Positions 54,967-64,000 of a stretch of 64,000 nt of DNA are shown here, in pieces. The first letter of the stretch is position 1, and each line of letters begins with the position of its first letter. A program made the position numbers and the translations under genes. Below the pieces are notes generated by a model. The model saw only the letters and a program-made list of their open reading frames with translations, had not been told where the DNA came from and ran no database searches. The DNA is taken from assembly GCF_055900595.2 (NCBI RefSeq), contig NZ_CM148325.1, one strand, 5' to 3'.

Positions 54967-55154
54967 TTTTTGGTTGCCCTGGCTTTTTCCGTGCGGCGTA
55001 ACGTCCCGGCCGGTTTAACATAACGAGGTTTAGCAAAGAACAAACGTAAGGTGTCGCGAATGCGTCGCAAAGAGTGCCGCGCCAGATAGCCCAGCGGGAA
55101 AAATATCAGTGCGCAAACGACAATAATTTCAATGATATCGCTGATGGTCATCAT
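54963..55154 (-). CDS. bcsF: cellulose biosynthesis protein BcsF (small membrane protein)
   Basis: 63 aa [63 protein letters not shown]; ATGA overlaps with bcsE and bcsG. Confidence 0.85.
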
Positions 55155-56722
55155 GATGAGCGCTCCACAGCATCATCTAACAGTCGCATTGGTTCTGGTA
55201 TTCTTCGCCAGTGGCGACCATCGTGCTCGGCATTGATGACCGGTTTAGAACTTTGCGTTAAAGGCAGCGGCATGCCCCATTGTTCTGGGGCAAGCAGGCG
55301 CATCTGCACCAGCTCGGCACTGATTTGATCATCTTCAAACCAGACCATACGGTTTGAGAAAATGTCGCCAGTCGGCAATGGGAAAATATGATTCAACGCG
55401 GTATCCAGATCGTTAATCCGACAGAATGAGAGAAACAGCACCAGCCGATTACCGCCAATGGTCATGATATCGCCGGTACGGTTAGGGCGACACAGCGTCA
55501 GGGCTTGCTCAACGCGGATACCCGGTACCGGACGTAGGGCAACCAGAACGCCTTTACCATGTGCAGGCAAGAGAGGGTTATTCATCATGTTGTTAACGGC
55601 ATTACAGAACACATCCCACTTCTGGAAACCACGTAGTTTGAGCGGCTGGGTCATTGACAGCAAGGTAGTGATATCTTCCGGCACATAGCGACTAAACTTC
55701 TGCCCTTGCACGCTTTCTATCATCGTCAGACAGCGGGAGAGTGGCGCATTCCACGGGATAACCATATTTGCACCGCAGGCCAATAACAAACGTTCATCGG
55801 TGGCGCGCAGGCTTGCGGTATTTTCCCGTACGAGGATTTTCATCGCACTACCGCGCTGGCGACGCAGAGTATGAATGCTGCGGGCCAGTGGCTCGATTTG
55901 CGCATTTTGCTGTAAAGAAAAGACCACCGTCGCCGCCTGAGCGGTACGGGCTTCATTGAACAGAACTTCGTTATTGTTGAACAGTTGCCAGTGTTCCGAT
56001 AGCGGCGGCGCACCTTCCAGTACAGCAACATTACTCAGAATGCGTTTTTCGTCGCTGCGTGGTTGGATCTCCGCCTCTTCGCTTTGAACTAATGTCCAGA
56101 TACCTTTTTGTTGCTGAACGCTAAGCTGCTGACGGGCGCTGACCCCTTTTTCGTTGCACCAGAAGGCAATATCCAGCAAATGTTGGTCGCCCTGAAAACG
56201 CAAACTGGCAAGACCAAAAAGTGAACGGTATTCCTCAAGCAACAATGAAAATTGTTTATCGTTATTATTTCCGGGATTAATTACCAAAAGCGAACAATGG
56301 TTTAACCTGCTCCATTTATTCATTTTATCCAACCATGAGCGAAGCCGCTCGGCAGGAATGTTTTGCCATGCGTTATTTGCGCAAACAAGAATAAAAAGGT
56401 AATTATTGGGATCAATAGAACACTGCAAATCACGGGCCAAATAGTATAGACCTTTTTCATGATTTAGCATTGAAAATAATTTTATTTTTTCCGGCCCTTG
56501 AGAATCATCTAATTGAAAGATTTTCGCCGGATCGCTGTCCATGCTAATGACCGCGACGTGTGCGGTTTCAGCCTGGGATGCAATTGTTTGATTCGCCAGA
56601 CTGATAGCATCTTCATGGCGATCGACGTTAAACCACCAGACGCCGCCTGCTGGCATATGTCGCAGCTCATCCCATAATGATGAGATACCGATAGAGAATA
56701 CAGGGTCCACAATGTCCCTCAT
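55151..56722 (-). CDS. bcsE: cellulose biosynthesis protein BcsE (c-di-GMP-binding GIL domain)
   Basis: 523-aa [48 protein letters not shown]... Confidence 0.9.
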
Positions 56723-56993
56723 GTCACCATTTTGTCTGATTATCAGTTTACTAGCGAAAGCTAAGAAATAAACCTACCATTGAAATTAAAACTTATCAGA
56801 TTTAGCATGTGAATCAATTTAGCAGGTCACAAGACGTGTGATTTTAGTCTTTTCGTTTTTAACTTTTTTTGTTGCGTAACGGAAAGTCAAAAAGTGAGCA
56901 AATTCCCGTCTCGCCGTAAACAATAAACCGGCGAAATGCTCACGGTTAGAATTGTCTCATGAACGGTACGGTTATTTCATAGGGATCAAGCAA
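56723..56993. promoter_or_regulatory. Divergent bcsEFG / bcsRQABZC promoter region
   Basis: 271-bp AT-rich gap between divergent start codons. Confidence 0.5.
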
Positions 56994-57182
56994 ATGAATA
57001 ACAATGAACCAGATACTCTGCCTGATCCCGCGATAGGCTATATCTTCCAGAATGATATTTTGGCGTTAAAGCAGGCATTTTCACTGCCTGATATTGATTA
57101 TGCCGATATTTCCCAACGCGAACAGTTGGCCGCGGCATTAAAACGCTGGCCGTTGCTGGCAGAGTTTGCGCAACAAAAGTAG
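56994..57182 (+). CDS. bcsR: cellulose biosynthesis regulator BcsR (YhjR)
   Basis: MNNNEPDTLPDPAIGYIFQNDILALKQAFSLPDIDYADISQREQLAAALKRWPLLAEFAQQK (62 aa) from internal ATG of the 76-aa track ORF. Confidence 0.85.
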   Translation: MNNNEPDTLPDPAIGYIFQNDILALKQAFSLPDIDYADISQREQLAAALKRWPLLAEFAQQK

Positions 57183-57193
57183 GGGATTGGTGA

Positions 57194-57945
57194 ATGGCCG
57201 TACTGGGATTGCAGGGGGTGCGGGGAGGCGTGGGAACAACAACCATCACTGCCGCATTAGCCTGGTCATTACAAATGTTGGGAGAAGATGTCCTGGTGGT
57301 CGATGCCTGCCCGGACAACTTGTTGCGCCTGTCATTTAACGTTGATTTTACCCACCGTCAGGGCTGGGCCAGAGCCATGCTGGACGGTCAGGACTGGCGT
57401 GACGCCGGGTTGCGCTATACCTCGCAACTCGATTTGCTGCCTTTTGGTCAGTTATCCATTGAAGAACAAGAAAATCCACAGCACTGGCAAACCCGGCTGA
57501 GCGATATTTGCTCCGGCTTACAGCAACTAAAAGCCAGCGGGCGTTACCAGTGGATTTTAATCGACTTACCGCGTGATGCCTCGCAGATAACCCACCAGCT
57601 GCTGAGTTTGTGCGATCACTCGCTGGCAATCGTCAATGTGGATGCCAACTGCCATATCCGGCTGCATCAGCAGGCGCTGCCGGATGGCGCGCATATTTTG
57701 ATTAATGACTTCCGTATCGGCAGTCAGTTCAGGACGATATTTACCAGCTTTGGTTGCAAAGCCAGCGCCGATTACTGCCAATGCTCATTCATCGTGATGA
57801 AGCGATGGCTCAATGCCTGGCGGCTAAGCAACCAGTCGGTGAATACCGCAGTGATGCGCTGGCGGCTGAAGAGATACTGACGCTGGCTAACTGGTGCCTG
57901 TTGAACTATTCCGGGCTGAAAACGCCAGTCGGGAGTGCATCATGA
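57194..57945 (+). pseudogene. bcsQ: bcsQ (ParA/MinD-like ATPase) disrupted by a 1-bp deletion frameshift
   Basis: ORF 57194..57880 reads BcsQ for 179 aa through ...HILINDFRIGSQ then goes out of frame; the BcsQ C-terminus (VQDDIYQLWLQSQRRLLPMLIHRD...LKTPVGSAS) continues in the +2 frame to 57945; 179 + 71 = 250 aa, the intact length. Junction at about 57727/57728 (CAGTCAG|TTCAGG, one G short of CAGGTTCAGG). Confidence 0.8.
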
Positions 57946-60560
57946 GTATCCTGACCCGGTGGTTGCTTATCCCGCCGGTCAACGCGCGGCTTATCGGGCG
58001 TTATCGCGATTATCGTCGTCACGGCGCGTCGGCTTTCAGCGCGACGCTCGGCTGTTTTTGGTTGATCCTGGCCTGGATTTTTATTCCGCTGGAGCACCCG
58101 CGCTGGCAGCGTATTCGCGCAGAACATAAAAACCTGTATCCGCATATCAACGCCTCGCGTCCGCGTCCGCTGGACCCGGTCCGTTATCTCATTCAAACCT
58201 GCTGGTTACTGATCGGTACATCGCGCAAAGAAACGCCGAAACCGCGCAGGCGGACATTTTCAGGTCTGCAGAATATTCGTGGACGTTACCATCAATGGAT
58301 GAACGAGCTGCCTGAGCGCGTTAGCCATAAAACACAGCATCTCGATGAGAAAAAAGAACTCGGCCATTTGAGCGCCGGGGCGCGGCGGTTGATCCTCGGT
58401 ATCATCGTCACCTTCTCGCTGATTCTGGCGTTAATCTGCGTTACCCAGCCGTTTAACCCGCTGGCGCAGTTTATCTTCCTGATGCTGCTGTGGGGTGTAG
58501 CGCTGATCGTACGGCGGATGCCGGGGCGCTTCTCGGCGCTAATGTTGATTGTGCTGTCGCTGACCGTTTCTTGCCGTTATATCTGGTGGCGCTACACCTC
58601 TACGCTGAACTGGGACGATCCGGTCAGTCTGGTGTGCGGGCTTATACTGCTGTTCGCTGAAACGTACGCGTGGATTGTGCTGGTGCTCGGCTACTTCCAG
58701 GTGGTATGGCCGCTGAATCGTCAGCCGGTGCCATTGCCGAAAGATATGTCGCTGTGGCCGTCGGTGGATATCTTTGTCCCGACTTACAATGAAGATCTCA
58801 ACGTGGTGAAAAATACGATTTACGCCTCGCTGGGTATCGACTGGCCGAAAGACAAGCTGAACATCTGGATCCTCGATGACGGCGGCAGGGAAGAGTTTCG
58901 CCAGTTTGCACAAAACGTGGGGGTGAAATATATCGCCCGTACCACTCATGAACATGCGAAAGCAGGCAACATCAACAATGCGCTGAAATATGCCAAAGGC
59001 GAGTTCGTGTCGATTTTCGACTGCGACCACGTGCCGACGCGCTCATTCCTGCAAATGACCATGGGCTGGTTCCTGAAAGAAAAACAACTGGCGATGATGC
59101 AGACGCCGCATCACTTCTTCTCACCGGACCCGTTTGAACGTAACCTGGGGCGTTTTCGTAAAACGCCGAACGAAGGCACGCTGTTTTATGGTCTGGTGCA
59201 GGATGGCAACGATATGTGGGACGCCACCTTCTTCTGCGGTTCATGTGCGGTGATTCGCCGTAAGCCGCTGGATGAGATTGGCGGCATTGCTGTCGAAACG
59301 GTAACCGAAGATGCGCATACTTCTCTGCGTTTGCACCGTCGTGGCTACACCTCTGCATATATGCGTATTCCGCAGGCGGCGGGGCTGGCGACCGAAAGTC
59401 TGTCGGCGCATATCGGCCAACGTATTCGCTGGGCACGTGGGATGGTGCAAATCTTCCGTCTTGATAACCCGCTCACCGGAAAAGGACTGAAGTTCGCGCA
59501 ACGGCTCTGCTACGTCAACGCCATGTTCCATTTCTTGTCGGGCATTCCACGGCTGATCTTCCTGACTGCGCCGCTGGCTTTCCTGCTACTTCATGCCTAC
59601 ATCATCTACGCGCCAGCGTTGATGATCGCTCTGTTTGTGCTGCCGCATATGATTCACGCCAGCCTGACCAACTCGAAGATTCAGGGCAAATATCGCCACT
59701 CCTTCTGGAGTGAAATCTACGAAACGGTACTGGCGTGGTATATCGCGCCACCGACGTTGGTAGCGCTGATTAACCCACATAAAGGCAAATTTAACGTCAC
59801 CGCCAAAGGTGGACTGGTGGAAGAAGAGTACGTCGACTGGGTGATCTCACGGCCCTACATTTTCCTGGTATTGCTCAACCTGGTCGGTATTGCGGTCGGT
59901 ATCTGGCGTTACTTCTACGGCCCGCCAACCGAGATGCTCACTGTCATCGTCAGTATGGTGTGGGTGTTCTACAACCTGATTATTCTCGGTGGTGCGGTAG
60001 CGGTATCGGTAGAAAGCAAACAGGTTCGCCGATCGCACCGCGTGGAGATGACGATGCCCGCGGCAATTGCCCGCGAAGATGGTCACCTCTTCTCGTGTAC
60101 CGTTCAGGATTTCTCCGACGGTGGTTTGGGGATCAAGATCAACGGTCAGGCACAGATTCTGGAAGGGCAGAAAGTGAATCTGTTGCTTAAACGCGGTCAG
60201 CAAGAATACGTCTTCCCGGCCCAGGTGGCGCGCGTGATGGGTAATGAAGTTGGGCTGAAATTAATGCCGCTCACCACCCAGCAACATATCGATTTTGTGC
60301 AGTGTACGTTTGCCCGTGCGGATACATGGGCGCTCTGGCAGGACAGTTACCCGGAAGATAAGCCGCTGGAAAGTCTGCTGGATATTCTGAAGCTCGGCTT
60401 CCGTGGCTACCGCCATCTGGCGGAGTTTGCGCCTTCTTCGGTGAAGGGCATTTTCCGTGTGCTGACTTCTCTGGTTTCCTGGGTTGTATCGTTTATTCCG
60501 CGCCGCCCGGCGCGGAGCGAAACGGCACAACCATCGGATCAGGCTTTGGCTCAACAATGA
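57942..60560 (+). CDS. bcsA: cellulose synthase catalytic subunit (GT2 with PilZ domain)
   Basis: Start at MSILTRWLLIPPVNARLIGRY gives 872 aa; GT2 motifs (DDGGREE, DCDH, QRIRWARG/QxxRW) and C-terminal PilZ. Confidence 0.97.
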   Translation: MSILTRWLLIPPVNARLIGRYRDYRRHGASAFSATLGCFWLILAWIFIPLEHPRWQRIRAEHKNLYPHINASRPRPLDPVRYLIQTCWLLIGTSRKETPKPRRRTFSGLQNIRGRYHQWMNELPERVSHKTQHLDEKKELGHLSAGARRLILGIIVTFSLILALICVTQPFNPLAQFIFLMLLWGVALIVRRMPGRFSALMLIVLSLTVSCRYIWWRYTSTLNWDDPVSLVCGLILLFAETYAWIVLVLGYFQVVWPLNRQPVPLPKDMSLWPSVDIFVPTYNEDLNVVKNTIYASLGIDWPKDKLNIWILDDGGREEFRQFAQNVGVKYIARTTHEHAKAGNINNALKYAKGEFVSIFDCDHVPTRSFLQMTMGWFLKEKQLAMMQTPHHFFSPDPFERNLGRFRKTPNEGTLFYGLVQDGNDMWDATFFCGSCAVIRRKPLDEIGGIAVETVTEDAHTSLRLHRRGYTSAYMRIPQAAGLATESLSAHIGQRIRWARGMVQIFRLDNPLTGKGLKFAQRLCYVNAMFHFLSGIPRLIFLTAPLAFLLLHAYIIYAPALMIALFVLPHMIHASLTNSKIQGKYRHSFWSEIYETVLAWYIAPPTLVALINPHKGKFNVTAKGGLVEEEYVDWVISRPYIFLVLLNLVGIAVGIWRYFYGPPTEMLTVIVSMVWVFYNLIILGGAVAVSVESKQVRRSHRVEMTMPAAIAREDGHLFSCTVQDFSDGGLGIKINGQAQILEGQKVNLLLKRGQQEYVFPAQVARVMGNEVGLKLMPLTTQQHIDFVQCTFARADTWALWQDSYPEDKPLESLLDILKLGFRGYRHLAEFAPSSVKGIFRVLTSLVSWVVSFIPRRPARSETAQPSDQALAQQ

Positions 60561-60570
60561 TGATAACGCG

Positions 60571-62910
60571 ATGAAAAGAAAACTATTCTGGATTTGTGCA
60601 GTGGCTATGGGGATGAGTGCGTTCCCCTCTTTCATGACGCAGGCGACGCCAGCAACGCAACCACTGATCAATGCTGAGCCAGCTGTAGCCGCCCAGACGG
60701 AACAAAATCCGCAGGTGGGGCAAGTGATGCCGGGCGTGCAGGGCGCTGATGCCCCCATCGTGGCGCAGAACGGTCCTTCGCGTGATGTGAAGCTGACCTT
60801 TGCGCAAATTGCGCCACCGCCGGGCAGCATGGTGCTACGTGGCATTAACCCGAACGGCAGCATTGAGTTTGGTATGCGCAGCGATGAAGTGGTGACGAAG
60901 GCGATGCTCAACCTCGAATACACGCCATCGCCATCGTTACTGCCTGTCCAGTCGCAGTTAAAGGTTTATCTCAATGATGAACTGATGGGCGTGCTGCCAG
61001 TGACCAAAGAACAGTTGGGTAAAAAAACGCTGGCACAAATGCCAATTAACCCACTGTTTATTACCGACTTCAACCGTGTGCGGCTGGAGTTTGTCGGTCA
61101 TTATCAGGACGTGTGCGAAAACCCGGCCAGCACCACGCTTTGGCTGGATGTTGGGCGGAGCAGTGGACTGGATCTGACCTATCAGACCCTGAATGTGAAG
61201 AATGATCTGTCACACTTCCCGGTACCATTCTTTGACCCGCGTGATAACCGCACCAACACCTTGCCGATGGTCTTTGCGGGTGCGCCGGATGTTGGGCTGC
61301 AACAAGCATCTGCCATTGTCGCCTCGTGGTTTGGTTCGCGTTCTGGCTGGCGTGGGCAGAACTTCCCGGTGCTCTATAACCAACTGCCGGATCGCAATGC
61401 CATCGTTTTTGCCACTAATGACAAACGCCCGGACTTCCTGCGCGATCATCCGGCGGTAAAAGCCCCGGTGATTGAGATGATCAACCATCCACAGAATCCT
61501 TACGTCAAACTGCTGGTGGTCTTTGGTCGTGACGACAAAGACCTGTTGCAGGCAGCGAAAGGTATCGCTCAGGGTAACATGCTGTTCCGTGGTGAAAGCG
61601 TGGTAGTGAATGAAGTGAAACCGCTGCTACCGCGTAAGCCGTACGATGCGCCGAACTGGGTGCGTACCGATCGTCCGGTCACCTTTGGTGAACTGAAAAC
61701 CTATGAAGAACAGTTACAATCCAGCGGTCTTGAGCCAGCAGCGATTAACGTTTCGCTAAACCTGCCGCCGGATCTCTACCTGATGCGCAGTACCGGCATT
61801 GATATGGATATCAACTATCGCTACACCATGCCGCCGGTGAAAGACAGTTCGCGGATGGATATCAGCCTGAATAACCAGTTCCTGCAATCCTTCAACCTGA
61901 GCAGTAAACAGGAGGCGAACCGCCTGCTGCTGCGTATTCCGGTATTACAAGGTCTGCTGGATGGCAAAACGGATGTCTCTATTCCGGCGCTGAAACTGGG
62001 CGCGACCAACCAGCTGCGCTTCGACTTTGAGTATATGAACCCGATGCCGGGCGGTTCGGTGGATAACTGCATTACCTTCCAGCCGGTGCAGAATCATGTG
62101 GTGATTGGTGACGACTCCACCATCGACTTCTCGAAGTATTACCACTTCATCCCGATGCCGGATCTACGCGCCTTTGCTAACGCGGGCTTCCCGTTCAGCC
62201 GGATGGCGGATCTGTCACAAACCATCACCGTGATGCCGAAAGCGCCTAACGAAGCACAGATGGAAACCTTGCTGAATACCGTTGGCTTTATCGGTGCGCA
62301 GACGGGCTTCCCGGCGATTAACCTGACGGTGACCGATGATGGCAGCACCATTCAGGGCAAAGATGCCGACATCATGATCATCGGTGGTATCCCGGACAAA
62401 CTGAAAGACGACAAGCAGATCGACCTGTTGGTGCAGGCGACCGAAAGCTGGGTGAAAACGCCGATGCGCCAGACCCCGTTCCCCGGCATTGTGCCGGACG
62501 AGAGCGATCGCGCGGCAGAAACTCAATCAACGCTGACCTCTTCCGGTGCGATGGCAGCGGTGATTGGCTTCCAGTCGCCGTATAACGACCAGCGTAGCGT
62601 GATTGCGCTGCTGGCAGATAGCCCACGCGGTTATGAAATGCTTAACGATGCGGTGAACGATAGCGGCAAACGCGCCACCATGTTCGGCTCGGTCGCGGTG
62701 ATCCGCGAGTCCGGTATCAATAGCCTGCGTGTTGGCGACGTCTATTACGTTGGCCATCTGCCGTGGTTCGAACGCTTATGGTATGCGCTGGCAAACCATC
62801 CGATTCTGCTGGCGGTGCTGGCGGCAATCAGCGTCGTGCTGCTGGCCTGGGTACTGTGGCGTTTGCTGCGTATTATCAGCCGTCGTCGTCTTAACCCGGA
62901 TAACGAGTAA
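60571..62910 (+). CDS. bcsB: cellulose synthase periplasmic subunit (c-di-GMP-regulated co-polymerase)
   Basis: Start at MKRKLFWICAVAMGMSAFPSFMTQA gives 779 aa; C-terminal TM anchor. Confidence 0.95.
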   Translation: MKRKLFWICAVAMGMSAFPSFMTQATPATQPLINAEPAVAAQTEQNPQVGQVMPGVQGADAPIVAQNGPSRDVKLTFAQIAPPPGSMVLRGINPNGSIEFGMRSDEVVTKAMLNLEYTPSPSLLPVQSQLKVYLNDELMGVLPVTKEQLGKKTLAQMPINPLFITDFNRVRLEFVGHYQDVCENPASTTLWLDVGRSSGLDLTYQTLNVKNDLSHFPVPFFDPRDNRTNTLPMVFAGAPDVGLQQASAIVASWFGSRSGWRGQNFPVLYNQLPDRNAIVFATNDKRPDFLRDHPAVKAPVIEMINHPQNPYVKLLVVFGRDDKDLLQAAKGIAQGNMLFRGESVVVNEVKPLLPRKPYDAPNWVRTDRPVTFGELKTYEEQLQSSGLEPAAINVSLNLPPDLYLMRSTGIDMDINYRYTMPPVKDSSRMDISLNNQFLQSFNLSSKQEANRLLLRIPVLQGLLDGKTDVSIPALKLGATNQLRFDFEYMNPMPGGSVDNCITFQPVQNHVVIGDDSTIDFSKYYHFIPMPDLRAFANAGFPFSRMADLSQTITVMPKAPNEAQMETLLNTVGFIGAQTGFPAINLTVTDDGSTIQGKDADIMIIGGIPDKLKDDKQIDLLVQATESWVKTPMRQTPFPGIVPDESDRAAETQSTLTSSGAMAAVIGFQSPYNDQRSVIALLADSPRGYEMLNDAVNDSGKRATMFGSVAVIRESGINSLRVGDVYYVGHLPWFERLWYALANHPILLAVLAAISVVLLAWVLWRLLRIISRRRLNPDNE

Positions 62911-62916
62911 TTGAAG

Positions 62917-64000
62917 ATGAATGTGTTGCGTAGTGGACTCGTGACGATACTGCTGCTGGCTGCCTTTAGTGTTCAGGCAGCCTGCAACTGGCCTGCCTGG
63001 GAGCAGTTCAAAAAGGATTACATCAGTCAGGAAGGGCGCGTCATCGACCCCAGCGACGCGCGCAAAATCACCACCTCCGAAGGGCAAAGTTACGGCATGT
63101 TCTTTGCCCTGGCGGCTAACGACCGTGCAGCTTTCGATAATATTCTCGACTGGACGCAGAACAATCTCGCTCAGGGTTCTTTAAAAGAACATTTGCCCGC
63201 CTGGCTGTGGGGCAAGAAAGAGAACAGTAAGTGGGAAGTGCTGGACAGCAATTCGGCCTCTGATGGTGATGTCTGGATGGCCTGGTCGTTGCTGGAGGCG
63301 GGGCGTTTGTGGAAAGAGCAGCGTTATACCGACATCGGCAGCGCGTTGTTAAAACGTATTGCGCGGGAGGAAGTGGTGACGGTGCCTGGGCTGGGTTCCA
63401 TGTTGTTGCCGGGCAAAGTGGGATTTGCTGAGGATAACAGCTGGCGTTTTAACCCCAGCTACCTGCCGCCGACGCTGGCGCAGTATTTCACCCGCTTTGG
63501 CGCGCCGTGGACTACGCTGCGCGAAACCAATCAACGTTTATTGCTGGAAACCGCCCCGAAAGGCTTTTCGCCAGACTGGGTGCGCTATGAGAAAGACAAA
63601 GGCTGGCAGCTAAAAGCCGAAAAAACATTGATCAGCAGCTACGACGCTATCCGTGTTTACATGTGGGTAGGCATGATGCCTGACAGCGATCCGCAAAAAG
63701 CGCGGATGCTCAACCGGTTTAAACCGATGGCGACATTCACCGAGAAAAACGGCTATCCGCCGGAAAAAGTCGATGTGGCTACGGGGAAAGCGCAGGGTAA
63801 AGGACCGGTCGGTTTTTCTGCCGCCATGTTGCCCTTTTTACAAAACCGCGATGCACAGGCCGTTCAGCGCCAGCGCGTGGCCGATAACTTTCCCGGCAGC
63901 GATGCCTATTACAACTATGTGCTGACCCTGTTTGGACAAGGCTGGGATCAACACCGTTTCCGCTTCTCGACAAAAGGTGAGTTATTACCTGACTGGGGCC
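62917..64000 (+). CDS. bcsZ: endo-1,4-beta-glucanase (GH8 cellulase); 3' end beyond window
   Basis: Translation from ATG 62917 gives [69 protein letters not shown]...; no stop within window. Confidence 0.9.
   Translation, partial: MNVLRSGLVTILLLAAFSVQAACNWPAWEQFKKDYISQEGRVIDPSDARKITTSEGQSYGMFFALAANDRAAFDNILDWTQNNLAQGSLKEHLPAWLWGKKENSKWEVLDSNSASDGDVWMAWSLLEAGRLWKEQRYTDIGSALLKRIAREEVVTVPGLGSMLLPGKVGFAEDNSWRFNPSYLPPTLAQYFTRFGAPWTTLRETNQRLLLETAPKGFSPDWVRYEKDKGWQLKAEKTLISSYDAIRVYMWVGMMPDSDPQKARMLNRFKPMATFTEKNGYPPEKVDVATGKAQGKGPVGFSAAMLPFLQNRDAQAVQRQRVADNFPGSDAYYNYVLTLFGQGWDQHRFRFSTKGELLPDWG

Overview
This window reads as a contiguous stretch of Escherichia coli chromosome, the xyl / glyQS / dpp / bcs neighbourhood, in reverse orientation to the usual K-12 map and from a strain that is not K-12. 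I see no CRISPR array, IS element, integrase, prophage or defence island, and no convincing undescribed system; almost every long ORF matches a known core gene at its expected length. Gene identities and all K-12 comparisons are from memory of the protein sequences, not from a database search. Left to right: a partial GPH-family sugar symporter and a divergent AraC-family regulator (not expected beside sgbE in K-12), the yiaKLMNO-lyxK-sgbHUE operon with yiaJ, ysaA, avtA, malS, bax, xylR-xylFGH / xylAB, yiaB, yiaA, wecH, ysaB, glyQS, an intact mokA/hokA toxin locus, cspA, yiaG, yiaF, ghrB, yiaD, bisC, yiaC-tag, yhjY, yhjX, eptB, tRNA-Pro proK, dppABCDF, yhjV, a five-copy tandem ldr/rdl toxin-antitoxin array, bcsGFE, and bcsR-bcsQ-bcsA-bcsB-bcsZ (bcsZ runs off the 3' edge). 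The points most worth a second look are the five-fold ldr/rdl amplification, a 1-bp frameshift in bcsQ at the head of the cellulose synthase operon, the strain-specific regulator/transporter pair at the 5' edge, and a degenerate copy of the proK 3' end just downstream of the tRNA.
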